A stretch of DNA of 37,698 nucleotides from Acidimicrobiia bacterium (GCA_041576165.1 JBFGLM010000044.1:1-37698); one strand, 5' to 3'. Positions 1-9,854 are shown, counted from the stretch's first letter. Notes: generated by a model not told the origin, from the letters alone. Made by a program: numbers and translations.

Positions 1-476
1 ATCTCGCCCAGCGAACGTAGCATCTCCTCGAACCATCGCACCGACTCGAAGCCGTATCCTGCGAACAGCTGTTCCTTGTGGACCTGCTGAGGATGTATCT
101 CCACCCGCAGCCGGCGGGGAAGCGATGTCGAAGCTCGGCTGAGCAATGCCGTACCGCGAGCGATCTGCCACTCGGCCAGCTCCCGGCCGATGCCTTCCCG
201 GCGGTGACTCGGACGGACCGCGCCGTCGAGGTACGCCCAAACCTCTCGTTCCTCGCTCGGGCGGTGAAATAGCCTGGCGTAGCCCACGATTGCGCCGTCC
301 CGCACTGCGACCCGGGCATCATCTTCCACATCGAAATGCGGATCGCCCAGATAGTCCTCCATGTCTGCTGCCGAGTACCGCTCCGGTACCTCGTCGGCAG
401 CGAACGACTCGTTCATCAGAAGGCGGAGGTTTTCGGAGTCCGCCGGCGACAGTGGTCGAAGGTGGTAGTTCGTCAC
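1..476 (-). CDS. GNAT family N-acetyltransferase (3' end runs off window; absent from ORF track)
   Basis: Manual translation from GTG at 476: MTNYHLRPLSPAD...DGAIVGYARL...GAVRPSHRREGIGRELAEW...GYGFESVRWFEEMLR. Contains GNAT motif A (VRPxxRRxGIG). Frame open to window edge. TACATT -10-like box 7 nt upstream of start. Confidence 0.85.
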   Translation of the reverse strand, partial: MTNYHLRPLSPADSENLRLLMNESFAADEVPERYSAADMEDYLGDPHFDVEDDARVAVRDGAIVGYARLFHRPSEEREVWAYLDGAVRPSHRREGIGRELAEWQIARGTALLSRASTSLPRRLRVEIHPQQVHKEQLFAGYGFESVRWFEEMLRSLGE

Positions 477-567
477 ACCGGTCAATGTACTCCCCGCCCG
501 ACGCGGGGCACCCTTGGTTTTTCGACAGGTCACACCGGTACGATGCCGCCGTGATCGAGAGCACCCC

Positions 568-2190
568 ATGAACAGAATCGAATCCCGCATTGACCCTGCA
601 TCTCCGGCCTATCGGGAGAATCATGCTGCGTACACGGATCTGGTCGCGACGCTGCGAGAGCGCCAGGAGTATGCGATTCGGGGCGGGCCGGGACGGGAGA
701 GGTCGATCGAACGGCATCTCGCCCGCGGCAAAGTGATGGTGCGGGACCGCATTGATCTCGTCATCGATGAGGGATCCCCGTTCCTCGAGCTGTCCACCCT
801 GAGTGGCTGGGGCCAGCTCGACAACTCGGCGCCCGGCGCCGGCATCGTCACAGGCATTGGGATGGTGCACGGCGTTCCGTACGTCTTCATCGCCAACGAC
901 GCCACCGTCAAGGGAGGATCGCTGATCCCGGTCGCCATCAAGAAACACGTCCGCGCCCAACAGATCGCAGAGGAGAACGGGATCGGCGTGATCTATCTCG
1001 TCGACTCGGGCGGAGCTTTCCTGCCGCTGCAAGATGAGGTGTTCCCCGACAAGGACCACTTCGGCGGGTCGTTCTACCGCCAGGCGCGCCTCTCGGCGCA
1101 AGGCCTACCGCAGCTGTCCGTCGTGCTGGGGGGCTGCACCGCCGGAGGCGCCTATGTGCCCGCATTGAGCGATGAAGTGATCATGGTGCAGGGCATCGGC
1201 CAGATCTTCCTGGGCGGGCCGCCGATCGTGAAGGCGGCCCTGGGAGAGATCATCGACCCAGACGATCTCGGCGGAGCGGTGCTGCACACCCGTGTGTCGG
1301 GCGTATCCGACTATCTGGCCGACACCGAGCACGAGGCGTATGGCAAGCTGCGCGAAATCTGCCAGACCACCAACCAGCGGTCGATTGAGGAACGGCAGCT
1401 TTGGATGGACTGGCAGGAGCCGGAGCCGCCGGCGTACGACCCGGCTGAGATCTACGGGATCATCAGCGCCGACGACCGGATCCCATTCGACTCCACCGAG
1501 GTCATCGCTCGTTTGGCCGACGGTTCCCGTTTCGCCAGCTTCAAGCCTGAGTGGGGTGATTCGATCATCTGTGGGTTTGCGCGGGTCTGGGGGTTTCTGG
1601 TCGGCGTCATCGCCAACAACGGCATCATTTTCAACGAGTCGGCCTTGAAGGCGACCCATTTCATCGAGCTGTGCGAGCAGCGCCGCATCCCGCTCGTGTT
1701 CCTTCAGAACACCTCCGGCTACATGGTGGGACGCGATTCGGAGGCGGCCGGGATCGCCAAGAACGGCGCAAAGATGGTGGCCGCGGTCGCCAATGCGACC
1801 GTGCCCCGCTACACGGTCCTGATCGGCGGCTCGTACGGCGCCGGCAACTACGGCATGTGTGGGCGCGGTTTCAATCCCCGCTTTCTGTTCTCATGGCCCA
1901 ACTCGCGGATCGCCACGATGTCGGCCGAGACGGCGCAGACCGTGCTGGTCGACATCCGGCTCGCCGGGCTGAAGGGAGCCCAGACGACCGATGAGCAAGT
2001 GGCGGCTATGCGAGCTGAGATCGCGGCCCAGTACGAGGAGCAGTCCGACCCGTACTACGCCACCGCTCGCCTGTGGGACGACGGCCTGATCGACCCGGTC
2101 GACACCCGCGACGTGCTCGGGTTGTGCCTCGGCCTGGCCGCCCGTCAAGACGGCCCGGATTCAGGTCCCGCCCTCGTATATCGGATGTAG
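568..2190 (+). CDS. Acyl-CoA carboxylase carboxyltransferase (beta) subunit, methylcrotonoyl/geranyl-CoA carboxylase type
   Basis: Motifs ANDATVKGG, YLVDSGGAFLPLQDEVFPD, GGCTAGGAYVPA, GGSYGAGNYGMCGR, ARLWDDGLIDP; C-terminal VYRM. Start placed at ATG 568. Confidence 0.92.
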   Translation: MNRIESRIDPASPAYRENHAAYTDLVATLRERQEYAIRGGPGRERSIERHLARGKVMVRDRIDLVIDEGSPFLELSTLSGWGQLDNSAPGAGIVTGIGMVHGVPYVFIANDATVKGGSLIPVAIKKHVRAQQIAEENGIGVIYLVDSGGAFLPLQDEVFPDKDHFGGSFYRQARLSAQGLPQLSVVLGGCTAGGAYVPALSDEVIMVQGIGQIFLGGPPIVKAALGEIIDPDDLGGAVLHTRVSGVSDYLADTEHEAYGKLREICQTTNQRSIEERQLWMDWQEPEPPAYDPAEIYGIISADDRIPFDSTEVIARLADGSRFASFKPEWGDSIICGFARVWGFLVGVIANNGIIFNESALKATHFIELCEQRRIPLVFLQNTSGYMVGRDSEAAGIAKNGAKMVAAVANATVPRYTVLIGGSYGAGNYGMCGRGFNPRFLFSWPNSRIATMSAETAQTVLVDIRLAGLKGAQTTDEQVAAMRAEIAAQYEEQSDPYYATARLWDDGLIDPVDTRDVLGLCLGLAARQDGPDSGPALVYRM

Positions 2191-2195
2191 CGGCC

Positions 2196-4106
2196 GTGCG
2201 GATTCTGATCGCCAACCGGGGCGAGATCGCCCGCCGGATCATCCGCACCGCCGACCGGCTCGGGCACCAGACGATCGCGGTGTTCGCCGACCCGGATGCG
2301 AACGCGCCCTTCCTGAGCGAGGCCACGGTGGCCGCTCGGATCGGTCCCGCCTCGTTGGCGGAGTCGTATCTCTCGATCGAGGCGCTACTGACAGCGGCCC
2401 ACCACACCGGGGCCGAGGCGGTGCACCCCGGCTACGGATTCCTTTCTGAGAATTCGGATTTCGCCCGGTCGGTCATCGACGCCGGTTTGATCTGGATCGG
2501 CCCCCACCCGCCGGCAATCGAACAGATGGGTTCGAAGATCCGGGCCCGCCGGCTGGCGGTGGAAGCGGGTGTTCCCATCATCCCCGGCTTTGACCAGTCC
2601 CAGCAGCCGGCGGCGCTGGCAGAGGCAGCCCAGGACATCGGCTTTCCGGTCCTGGTCAAAGCTGCTGCCGGAGGGGGCGGGAAGGGGATCCGCATCGTGC
2701 GCCAGCCAGAAGAGTTCGAGGATGCGCTGGCTGCTGCTCGCACCGAAGCCGAACGGTCGTTTGGAGACAGCGCGATGATCGTGGAGCGCTACATCCAACG
2801 GCCGCGTCACGTCGAGGTTCAAGTCGTAGGCGACAAGCACGGCAACGTGATCAACCTCGGAACCCGGGAATGCTCGGTACAGCGGCGGTACCAGAAGCTG
2901 TTGGAGGAGGCGCCGGCTCCCAACCTGGCCGGTGACACCCGCAGCGGGCTGCGGACGTCAGCGACCGATCTGGCGCAATCGATCGAGTATGACTCGGCGG
3001 GCACGGTCGAGTTCGTGGTCGACGACGAGACCGGCGACTACTACTTCTTGGAGATGAATACTCGGCTCCAGGTCGAGCACCCAGTGACCGAACTGATCAC
3101 CGGGTTCGACCTGGTCGAATTGCAGATACGCGCCGCCAGCGGAGAACCACTCGGTTTCACACAGGACGATGTCCGGCTCGAGGGCCATGCCTTCGAAGCC
3201 CGGATCAACGCTGAAGACCCAGCATCTGGTTTCACCCCCCAGATCGGGACCATCTCGCATCTGCGGATCCCGCCCGGCGTGCGGTGGGACAGCGGGATCG
3301 AGCTGGGGAGCGAGATCTCACCGCACTACGACCCGATGGTGGCCAAATTGATTGTGGCTGGGCCGGACCGCGAATCGGCCCGGCAGCGGCTGGCGGCTGC
3401 GTTGGACGGGCTCGTGCTGGGCGGGTTGATCACCAACACCGGGTTCCATCGGTGGTTGGTCGATCAGGCGCCGGTCATCGAAGGACGAGTGACGACTCGT
3501 TTCCTCGACGAAACGGAGATCCCGCCGCCCAAGCCGGGCGAGGATGTGGCCGAGTTGGCCGCTCGGGCCTGGCTCGCCCACAAGGATGCAGCCCGTTCCC
3601 CGGGCCCGTGGGGGTCGCTGGGCAGATTCCGGACCACCCCACACCAGACGCCGCGCCTGGTTGTCCTCGAGGCATTCGCCGGCGAGGTTCACGAGGTCAA
3701 CGTGGCCGGCGAGCTGCCCCCGGCCGGACCATGGGTGGCAGATGGCCAGACCGCCGATCGGGCTCCGGTCAGTGTTGACCTCGGCGCTCGATCCGTGGCC
3801 ATCACGATGCGCGGGACCACTCACGTGTTCCGCGTTCGGTCCCGGGCCGAGTTCTGGGCGCCGGCGGCGGCGGCCGGCCACGGACCCACCGACGCTGTGG
3901 TCGCTCCGTTTCCGGGGATCGTGACCGACGTCGTCGTGTCACCAGGAGACACCGTCGAGGCCGGCCAGGCAGTCGTGGTCATCGAAGCGATGAAGATGCT
4001 GCATACGCTGGCCGCCGCCGGCGCCGGTGTGGTCGACGAGATCCGGGTGGCACCCGGCGACCAGGTGGCATCTCATCAGGCGCTGGTGACCTTCTCGCAA
4101 AGCTGA
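2196..4106 (+). CDS. Acyl-CoA carboxylase alpha subunit (biotin carboxylase + biotin carboxyl carrier domain)
   Basis: RILIANRGEIA, HPGYGFLSEN, GGGGKGIR, RECSVQRRYQK, FLEMNTRLQVEHPVTE and the C-terminal biotinylation motif EAMKM. GTG start 5 nt after the beta-subunit stop. Confidence 0.93.
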   Translation: MRILIANRGEIARRIIRTADRLGHQTIAVFADPDANAPFLSEATVAARIGPASLAESYLSIEALLTAAHHTGAEAVHPGYGFLSENSDFARSVIDAGLIWIGPHPPAIEQMGSKIRARRLAVEAGVPIIPGFDQSQQPAALAEAAQDIGFPVLVKAAAGGGGKGIRIVRQPEEFEDALAAARTEAERSFGDSAMIVERYIQRPRHVEVQVVGDKHGNVINLGTRECSVQRRYQKLLEEAPAPNLAGDTRSGLRTSATDLAQSIEYDSAGTVEFVVDDETGDYYFLEMNTRLQVEHPVTELITGFDLVELQIRAASGEPLGFTQDDVRLEGHAFEARINAEDPASGFTPQIGTISHLRIPPGVRWDSGIELGSEISPHYDPMVAKLIVAGPDRESARQRLAAALDGLVLGGLITNTGFHRWLVDQAPVIEGRVTTRFLDETEIPPPKPGEDVAELAARAWLAHKDAARSPGPWGSLGRFRTTPHQTPRLVVLEAFAGEVHEVNVAGELPPAGPWVADGQTADRAPVSVDLGARSVAITMRGTTHVFRVRSRAEFWAPAAAAGHGPTDAVVAPFPGIVTDVVVSPGDTVEAGQAVVVIEAMKMLHTLAAAGAGVVDEIRVAPGDQVASHQALVTFSQS

Positions 4107-4122
4107 CCGCGCCCGGGCGCCA

Positions 4123-4893
4123 CTAGGTGGCCGGCTGGTGCGATTCGTCGCGAGACATCAAACGTTCAGCGATCAGGTAAATGACGGTCACCGCCAGGAC
4201 CAGCAGCGTGGGATGCAGCACGAACGCGAAAGCAATGCCGGCCACCCGCCCGACGGTGCGACGGTTGCCCCAAGCGAGCGACAGCACCGACGGCACGGTT
4301 ACCGCTGCCACCGCACCGGTGGCCAGCTCCGCATACCACGGCCGGTCGCCCATCCACGGAAGCCGAGCCCAGTCCCAGGGGACGTCGAACAGGTCGAGAG
4401 TCGCCACGATCCCCAGCGCAGCCAGGACCACGAAGTACGCCACCATCAGTGTGCGCCAGAGGGACCTCGGTGTGCGGAACTCCCACATCGTGCCCAGGCT
4501 GACGCCCGTCCAGATCAACCAGCGGCGGAGCCGGGGAGTACCGGACAGGCCCATGGCGTCGCGGAAGAGGTCATCGGCTTCTTCGCGCGTCAGATCTGGG
4601 CCTTCGTGCTCCTTCTCGCCCTGGCTGATCGTGCCGTCGTGCAGGAGTGCGGCCGGTAGGTGTTCGCCGATCACCGGGACCAGCCAGGCGAACATTGCCG
4701 GTATGGAGGTGAGATCGGTCGAATAGGTGTCCATCCGGTCGGCCCGGGGGACGACAATGGGCGCCCCGGGGTATTTGGGGTGCCTGTAACCGATCCGGGA
4801 CAGCATCCGGAACCTGCCGGGCCCCACCCGGAGCAATGTGAACTCGGGTATCCCATCGATGCCGGTTTCTGGATCGAAGAACGTTTCGTTCAT
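4123..4893 (-). CDS. DUF1353 domain membrane protein
   Basis: TDLTSIP..FAWL...HLPAALLHD...REEADDLFRDAM matches the DUF1353 pattern, followed by several hydrophobic helices. Start uncertain (4893 to 4953). Confidence 0.75.
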   Translation of the reverse strand: MNETFFDPETGIDGIPEFTLLRVGPGRFRMLSRIGYRHPKYPGAPIVVPRADRMDTYSTDLTSIPAMFAWLVPVIGEHLPAALLHDGTISQGEKEHEGPDLTREEADDLFRDAMGLSGTPRLRRWLIWTGVSLGTMWEFRTPRSLWRTLMVAYFVVLAALGIVATLDLFDVPWDWARLPWMGDRPWYAELATGAVAAVTVPSVLSLAWGNRRTVGRVAGIAFAFVLHPTLLVLAVTVIYLIAERLMSRDESHQPAT

Positions 4894-4971
4894 GACGAAC
4901 GTATCATCGTCCCGGCACACTCGGGGCGACGTCATTTCCGCCCGGGCGAGCACCCGGTGGGTGCGACCGGC

Positions 4972-5202
4972 TCAGTCCTGCGGGTGGGCGGCGGCCGCCA
5001 GTTCGTTGAATATCTCGTCGTGGCGCCGGCGTGCCGCGTCGAGCCGCGACTGAAAATCCGGCCGGGTGGATACACCTTTGAGGTAGTCGTCCAGCGCGTC
5101 GCGCAGGATCCCGTTCAGCGAGGTGCCGTACATCTCGGCCACCGTCTGGACCGTGCGCAGTTTGTGTTCGTCGAGTCGGATGGTGACGTTCTTACTGGCC
5201 AT
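4972..5202 (-). CDS. Ribbon-helix-helix (CopG/Arc-like) DNA-binding protein
   Basis: MASKNVTIRLDEHKLRTVQTVAEMYGTSLNGILRDALDDYL: beta strand (VTIRL), helix, G-x-S turn, then ILRDALDDYL helix. Confidence 0.78.
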   Translation of the reverse strand: MASKNVTIRLDEHKLRTVQTVAEMYGTSLNGILRDALDDYLKGVSTRPDFQSRLDAARRRHDEIFNELAAAAHPQD

Positions 5203-5400
5203 GCGTCGTCTCCGTGCCCTGGTCATCGGGTCTCTCACGACCCGGTTCCTCTGTCATGTGGTGCCCCGCCTGGCGGGCCCGGCCCTGGACCCCGTGCCAG
5301 CAGCACAGCTACCGAAAACCATAGGCCAGCTGCACGTTTTCTTCAATGACTATTGCAGGAATTAGGCATTACTGAACTGTGCAGACACAGATAATACAGA

Positions 5401-5406
5401 TATACT
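5401..5406 (+). promoter_or_regulatory. Putative -10 element (TATACT) in an AT-rich divergent intergenic patch
   Basis: TATACT at 5401-5406 inside a conspicuously AT-rich stretch (about 5310-5410), overlapping ACAGATA direct repeats. Confidence 0.5.
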
Positions 5407-5473
5407 CGTGGGGGACGGGAACCGCCGAGGGGTGGTTGGACGTCGGTGAGTTGACAAACCAGCGAGGGACGCG

Positions 5474-6016
5474 ATGGCGGGCGGGCAGCAACCCGAGATC
5501 TCCGAACCCGGCGACGGCGATGTACCGCATCTCCGGCCTGGCGCCGACGCGGTGGAGCTGACCGGGCAACGCCCCCAGCGAGCACGCGAACCGGGCTCGG
5601 CCCGGCCCCGATCAGGCGCTCCGCCCTCACGAGCCACCGCCGCCCCGGCCGCTCCGGGCCGGTTGCCTGACGGAAGCGCTGATGGCGATGAGGCGGAGAC
5701 CATGACCCAGGTGGAGGCGTCGCCCGACCGTGACCTGGAACGCCGGGTCAAAGTGGTCGTCGACACGCTGCGCGACATGCGATTCCGGGAGCCCCGCCGG
5801 GTCGAGATCCTGGTGTTCGTCATGGCGCTCTGCGCACAGGGTCGGAGCATCGAAGACGCGCTGGCGCTCCGCGAGGCGCGGCATTTCGACGGCCGCGGGG
5901 TGGCCCCACGTGAATTGAAAAGGGGTCTGTCGCAAGTCACCCCAGCGCTCCGCGGTCTGGCGGACGACGAGCTGCGGGAGGTCTGGAGCGAGGTTGCTCG
6001 ACGCTTCGGGTACTGA
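5474..6016 (+). CDS. Hypothetical protein (helical C-terminal domain of about 100 aa; alternative start 5702)
   Basis: GAGG SD-like sequence before ATG 5474. Low-complexity N-half, then a protein-like helical region RVKVVVDTLRDM...ELREVWSEVARRFGY. Confidence 0.6.
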   Translation: MAGGQQPEISEPGDGDVPHLRPGADAVELTGQRPQRAREPGSARPRSGAPPSRATAAPAAPGRLPDGSADGDEAETMTQVEASPDRDLERRVKVVVDTLRDMRFREPRRVEILVFVMALCAQGRSIEDALALREARHFDGRGVAPRELKRGLSQVTPALRGLADDELREVWSEVARRFGY

Positions 6017-6231
6017 TCTCGCCCCGAGGCGGTTGCGGCGATATTCAGCTCGCCCCGAGACGCCCCGCCCCGGCAATGATCTTTTCCACCAGCGCCAGGT
6101 TCATCTCGCACATGTACGAGCGGCGGTTGGTCCAAGCTGGTGGGGAGCGAAGTTCGTGCAGCACGGCCCGAGCCCTACAATTGGCACGACCTGGACTCCC
6201 CACGCCAGCGCCAGGCACTCGAGGACACCCC

Positions 6232-6270
6232 ATGCAAAACTCCAACTCGGACGCGCGGCGGCCTGCGTGA
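6232..6270 (+). other. Candidate uORF MQNSNSDARRPA coupled to prfC
   Basis: TACAAT at 6176-6181, GAGGA at 6221-6225, ATG 6232; its TGA (6268-6270) overlaps the prfC GTG (GTGA). Confidence 0.4.
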
Positions 6271-7820
6271 GCGCGCCCCGCCGGACGTTCGCCATCATCT
6301 CGCACCCCGACGCCGGGAAGACGACGCTGACCGAAAAGCTCCTGCTCTACTCCGGCGCCATCGCCGAGGCGGGGGCAGTCAAGGCGCGGGCCGGCCGCCA
6401 GCGCGACGTCACCAGCGACTGGATGGAGTTGGAGCGCCAGCGCGGCATCTCCATCACTTCGACCGTGCTGCAGTTCCACCACGATGGCCATGTACTGAAC
6501 CTGCTGGACACCCCAGGGCACCGGGACTTCTCGGAGGACACCTATCGGGTGCTGTCGGCGGTCGACGCGGCAGTGATCGTGCTCGATGCTGCCAAAGGCA
6601 TCGAGGCCCAGACCGAAAAGCTGTTCCGGGTTGCCCAGGCCCGGCGGATCCCGCTGATCACCTTCATCAACAAATGTGACCGCCCGGGCCTGTCCCCGCT
6701 CGAACTGCTCGACGACATCGAGCAGCGCCTGGGAATCGTGCCCACTCCGGTGACCTGGCCGATCGGGATGGGGCCTGACTTCGAAGGGGTGGTGGACCGG
6801 CGCGACGATGCTTTCTGGCGGTTCGGACGCACCGCCCACGGCGCCACCCAGGTCACCGAGGAACGGCTGGACGGAACCCGCGTCGAGCAGCGAGGCGAGC
6901 CAGGGGCGACCGCCTCCGGCGAGTTGGAACTGCTGGCAGCAATCGCCGCCGATCACGATCGCGAGTTGTTCCAGGCGGGAGAGACGACTCCGGTGTTCTT
7001 TGGGTCTGCGATGTGGAACTTCGGCGTGCGGCTGTTGTTGGATGCGATCGTGGATCTGGCTCCGCCTCCGTCCGCCCGCACCATCATCAGCGGCGAATCC
7101 CAACCCTTGGACGGCGAGTTCTCCGGATTCGTGTTCAAGATCCAGGCCAATCTGGATCCCCGCCACCGGGACCGTATTGCCTATCTGCGGGTGGTTTCTG
7201 GACAGTTTGAACGTGGCCTGCAGCTCACCAACCAGCGGTCCGGTCGAACGTTCACCGCGAAGTACGCCCACCAGCTGTTCGGCCGGGACCGGGACACCGT
7301 TGACGTGGCCGAACCGGGTGACATCGTCGGCTTGATCAGCGCCGGAGATCTCCAGATCGGAGACACCGTGTCGGAGTCGGGGAAGGTGTGTTATCCGCCA
7401 ATCCCGACTTTTGCTCCCGAACACTTCCGGAAGGCCACAAACCTCGACACGTCTCGCTACAAGCAATTCCGGCGGGGCATGGAGCAGCTGGATGAAGAGG
7501 GAACCATCCAGGTCCTGCGCCATCCGCATTGGGGCGACCGTGAGCCCGTTCTGGCCGCAGTCGGAATGCTGCAGTACGAGGTCGTGGTGGCCCGCCTCGA
7601 ATCAGAGTACGGCGCGGCGCTCGAGCTCACCAACACGCCGTTCACCATCGCCCGTCGCACCGACCGGGACGGTGCCGCTCGGCTGGCTGGGGAGCGGGAC
7701 TGTGAGGTGTTCGAACGGCGGGACGGGACACTGGTGGCGCTGTTCCGGAGCAAGCACCGACTGGACGCCACCACCCAACGCCATCCCGGCATCACCCTCG
7801 ATTCGATCATGGTGAGCTGA
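6267..7820 (+). CDS. prfC: Peptide chain release factor 3
   Basis: RRTFAIISHPDAGKTTLTEKLL, SDWMELERQRGISITS, NLLDTPGHRDFSEDTYR, FINKCDR, FVFKIQANLDPRHRDRIAYLR. Confidence 0.96.
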   Translation: MSAPRRTFAIISHPDAGKTTLTEKLLLYSGAIAEAGAVKARAGRQRDVTSDWMELERQRGISITSTVLQFHHDGHVLNLLDTPGHRDFSEDTYRVLSAVDAAVIVLDAAKGIEAQTEKLFRVAQARRIPLITFINKCDRPGLSPLELLDDIEQRLGIVPTPVTWPIGMGPDFEGVVDRRDDAFWRFGRTAHGATQVTEERLDGTRVEQRGEPGATASGELELLAAIAADHDRELFQAGETTPVFFGSAMWNFGVRLLLDAIVDLAPPPSARTIISGESQPLDGEFSGFVFKIQANLDPRHRDRIAYLRVVSGQFERGLQLTNQRSGRTFTAKYAHQLFGRDRDTVDVAEPGDIVGLISAGDLQIGDTVSESGKVCYPPIPTFAPEHFRKATNLDTSRYKQFRRGMEQLDEEGTIQVLRHPHWGDREPVLAAVGMLQYEVVVARLESEYGAALELTNTPFTIARRTDRDGAARLAGERDCEVFERRDGTLVALFRSKHRLDATTQRHPGITLDSIMVS

Positions 7821-7833
7821 CCCGGCTGGGCGG

Positions 7834-8295
7834 TCAGTCTCCGGACGCGGCCACCGAGCCGGTAGTTGGTCCGGCCGGGTCGGCCACGAGGCACACGACG
7901 CCACGGTCACCTCGATCCCACGACTCGGCGCTGGGAGTGATGTGGGTGGCATCAAGCGATGAGACCGCCAGGGAGTGACCCACGTAGGCCTCGAAAGCCG
8001 AAATGCAGATGGCGTCTGCTTCCGCCGCCAGCGCCCCGCTGTCAAAGGTGGCAGCCGTGATGCGACCCAGCCCGATCACCTCATACTCATGCCGCGTGTC
8101 GCACCCCACCGGGCCTATACCGGTGAGGGTGGCACCTGACTCGGCGTTGAAGCATTTGCCAACCTGCAAAGCACTCGGCTGCGTCGCGTCCTCCGACGCA
8201 CCCCGGCCGATCGCGCCCCCCTGCCACCATGCCAGCGGCACGAAGACGCCGCCCAGCAGCATGACGGCGAGCAGCTTGGTGGGATTGAGGCGCAT
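7834..8295 (-). CDS. Septum-formation-related domain membrane/secreted protein
   Basis: N-terminal TM segment, then VGKCFN..VGCDTRHEYEV..CISAFEAYVG..PSAESWDRGDRGVVCLV cysteine pattern. GGAGG SD immediately before ATG 8295. Confidence 0.8.
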   Translation of the reverse strand: MRLNPTKLLAVMLLGGVFVPLAWWQGGAIGRGASEDATQPSALQVGKCFNAESGATLTGIGPVGCDTRHEYEVIGLGRITAATFDSGALAAEADAICISAFEAYVGHSLAVSSLDATHITPSAESWDRGDRGVVCLVADPAGPTTGSVAASGD

Positions 8296-8366
8296 CCTCC
8301 TGCTATCGACCGCCCAGCGGCACGCCTTGACGGACCCAAGGCCGGGCCGGCCGGCTACTCCCGCTG

Positions 8367-9854
8367 TCACGTCCTCAAATCGCCTGCTTCGATCGTCCAC
8401 ATCTCGTTGGTGACGAGGTGGGCGAAATGCTCGTCGTGGGTGACAACCACGACTGCGCCCGGGTAGGCAGTCAGGGCGTCCTCGAGCCGCTCGACGGTGG
8501 GGAGGTCCAGGTGGTTGGTCGGTTCATCCAGCAGCAACAGCCAGGCTTCCGTCGCCAGACCTTGTGCCATCGCCAGCTTCCTCGCCTCACCGGGCGACGG
8601 GGCTTCGGTGCTGAGCAATTGGTCGGGGTCTGTGCCGAGCCGCGCCACGATCTGGAGGATCCGCCCGCGCTCGTTCCGTGGTCGCGCCCGCAGGTCGTCA
8701 ATGAGTTCCCGCATCGCTCTCTGCGACATCTCCTGGGGCAGGTGAAGGAGACGGGCGGGATCGAGATCCCATCCCGCGGCCATACGCTCGATCAACGTCG
8801 ACTTGCCCGCCCCGTTGCGCCCGGTCAGGTGTATGCGAGATGCGCGTTCAACCGCGCAGCTCAGCTGGTCCACCAGCGTCCGGTCGCCGGCGCTGAGTGG
8901 CCCGCCCAGCTGCACCAGCACGGGTCGCGGCGCCGCCTCACCCCGGAATTCGACCGACCCTCCCACGTCTCGCTGCTGCTCGAACTGGGACATGGCCGCG
9001 GCCTGGCGGTCGCGTGAGGCCGCGAGATTGGACAGGGCCTGCGACGCGGCGGCGGATCCGGACCGGTGCTTCGATTTGCGGGCCAGGCTACGGGCGTCGT
9101 GATCTCTGGTCCCCGCACTCTTCATGCTGCGGGCGAAGGCTGCGCTCTTGGCTTCCAGAGAGCGCCGTTGATCGGCGATGCGCCGCTTGGTCTTGGCAAG
9201 CTCCCGCTTGGCGGCCTCGTGAGCGGTGCTCCGCTCGGATTCTGCGGCCGCCCACTGGGCGGACGCCTCGCTGTACGGACCCCGCCACCACTGGGCAGTG
9301 CCCGCCTGCACTCGGATCGTGGCCTCTGTCAAGCGATCCAGCAGCGCACGGTCGTGGGAGACGACCAGCCCCGCTCCCCGGAAACGGGCGAGTGACTGGG
9401 CCAGCAGAGCGCGAGATTCGGCGTCGAGATGATTGGTCGGTTCATCGAGCAACAGCACCTCCGGGCCGGATGCGAGTGCGGCCCCGATCTGCCATCGCTT
9501 CCGCTCGCCGGGGGACAGCGTCGACCACCGGTGCAGATCTTCTGGTTCCAGGTCAAGACGGCCCCGCAACGTGAAGTCCTCGGAACGGGATGACACGGCG
9601 AAGGCCTCGACCGTGGCGTCGGGGTCTTCGACGCTCTGACCGCACAGAATCGGGGCCGTCTCGGAGTCGATGAGGACGGCACCTGTGCTGGGGGACAGGG
9701 TTCCCGCCGCGAGCCGCAGCAATGTCGACTTGCCGGCCCCGTTCGGCCCGACCACGCCCGTCCACCCGGGACCGACGGCCAGGTCAACTTCGGCGAGCAC
9801 GACGGCGGCCGATGTGTAGGAAAACGATACGGATTGGAACTGAATGGAGGGCAT
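8367..9854 (-). CDS. ABC-F family ribosome-associated ATPase
   Basis: Two NBDs (GPNGAGKS / LSPGE / LLLDEPTNHLD / VVSHDR and GRNGAGKS / PSPGE / LLLDEPTNHLD / VVTHDE) joined by a charged helical linker; no TM segments. Confidence 0.9.
   Translation of the reverse strand: MPSIQFQSVSFSYTSAAVVLAEVDLAVGPGWTGVVGPNGAGKSTLLRLAAGTLSPSTGAVLIDSETAPILCGQSVEDPDATVEAFAVSSRSEDFTLRGRLDLEPEDLHRWSTLSPGERKRWQIGAALASGPEVLLLDEPTNHLDAESRALLAQSLARFRGAGLVVSHDRALLDRLTEATIRVQAGTAQWWRGPYSEASAQWAAAESERSTAHEAAKRELAKTKRRIADQRRSLEAKSAAFARSMKSAGTRDHDARSLARKSKHRSGSAAASQALSNLAASRDRQAAAMSQFEQQRDVGGSVEFRGEAAPRPVLVQLGGPLSAGDRTLVDQLSCAVERASRIHLTGRNGAGKSTLIERMAAGWDLDPARLLHLPQEMSQRAMRELIDDLRARPRNERGRILQIVARLGTDPDQLLSTEAPSPGEARKLAMAQGLATEAWLLLLDEPTNHLDLPTVERLEDALTAYPGAVVVVTHDEHFAHLVTNEMWTIEAGDLRT

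Noticed and set aside
5451-5456. Perfect TTGACA -35 element
   Set aside because: No matching -10 box at 16-18 bp spacing downstream.
6045-7529. 494-aa antisense ORF, and similar long shadow ORFs (18907-20340, 30322-31800, 22158-23375)
   Set aside because: They lie opposite well-supported genes; long antisense frames are expected at high GC with biased third positions.
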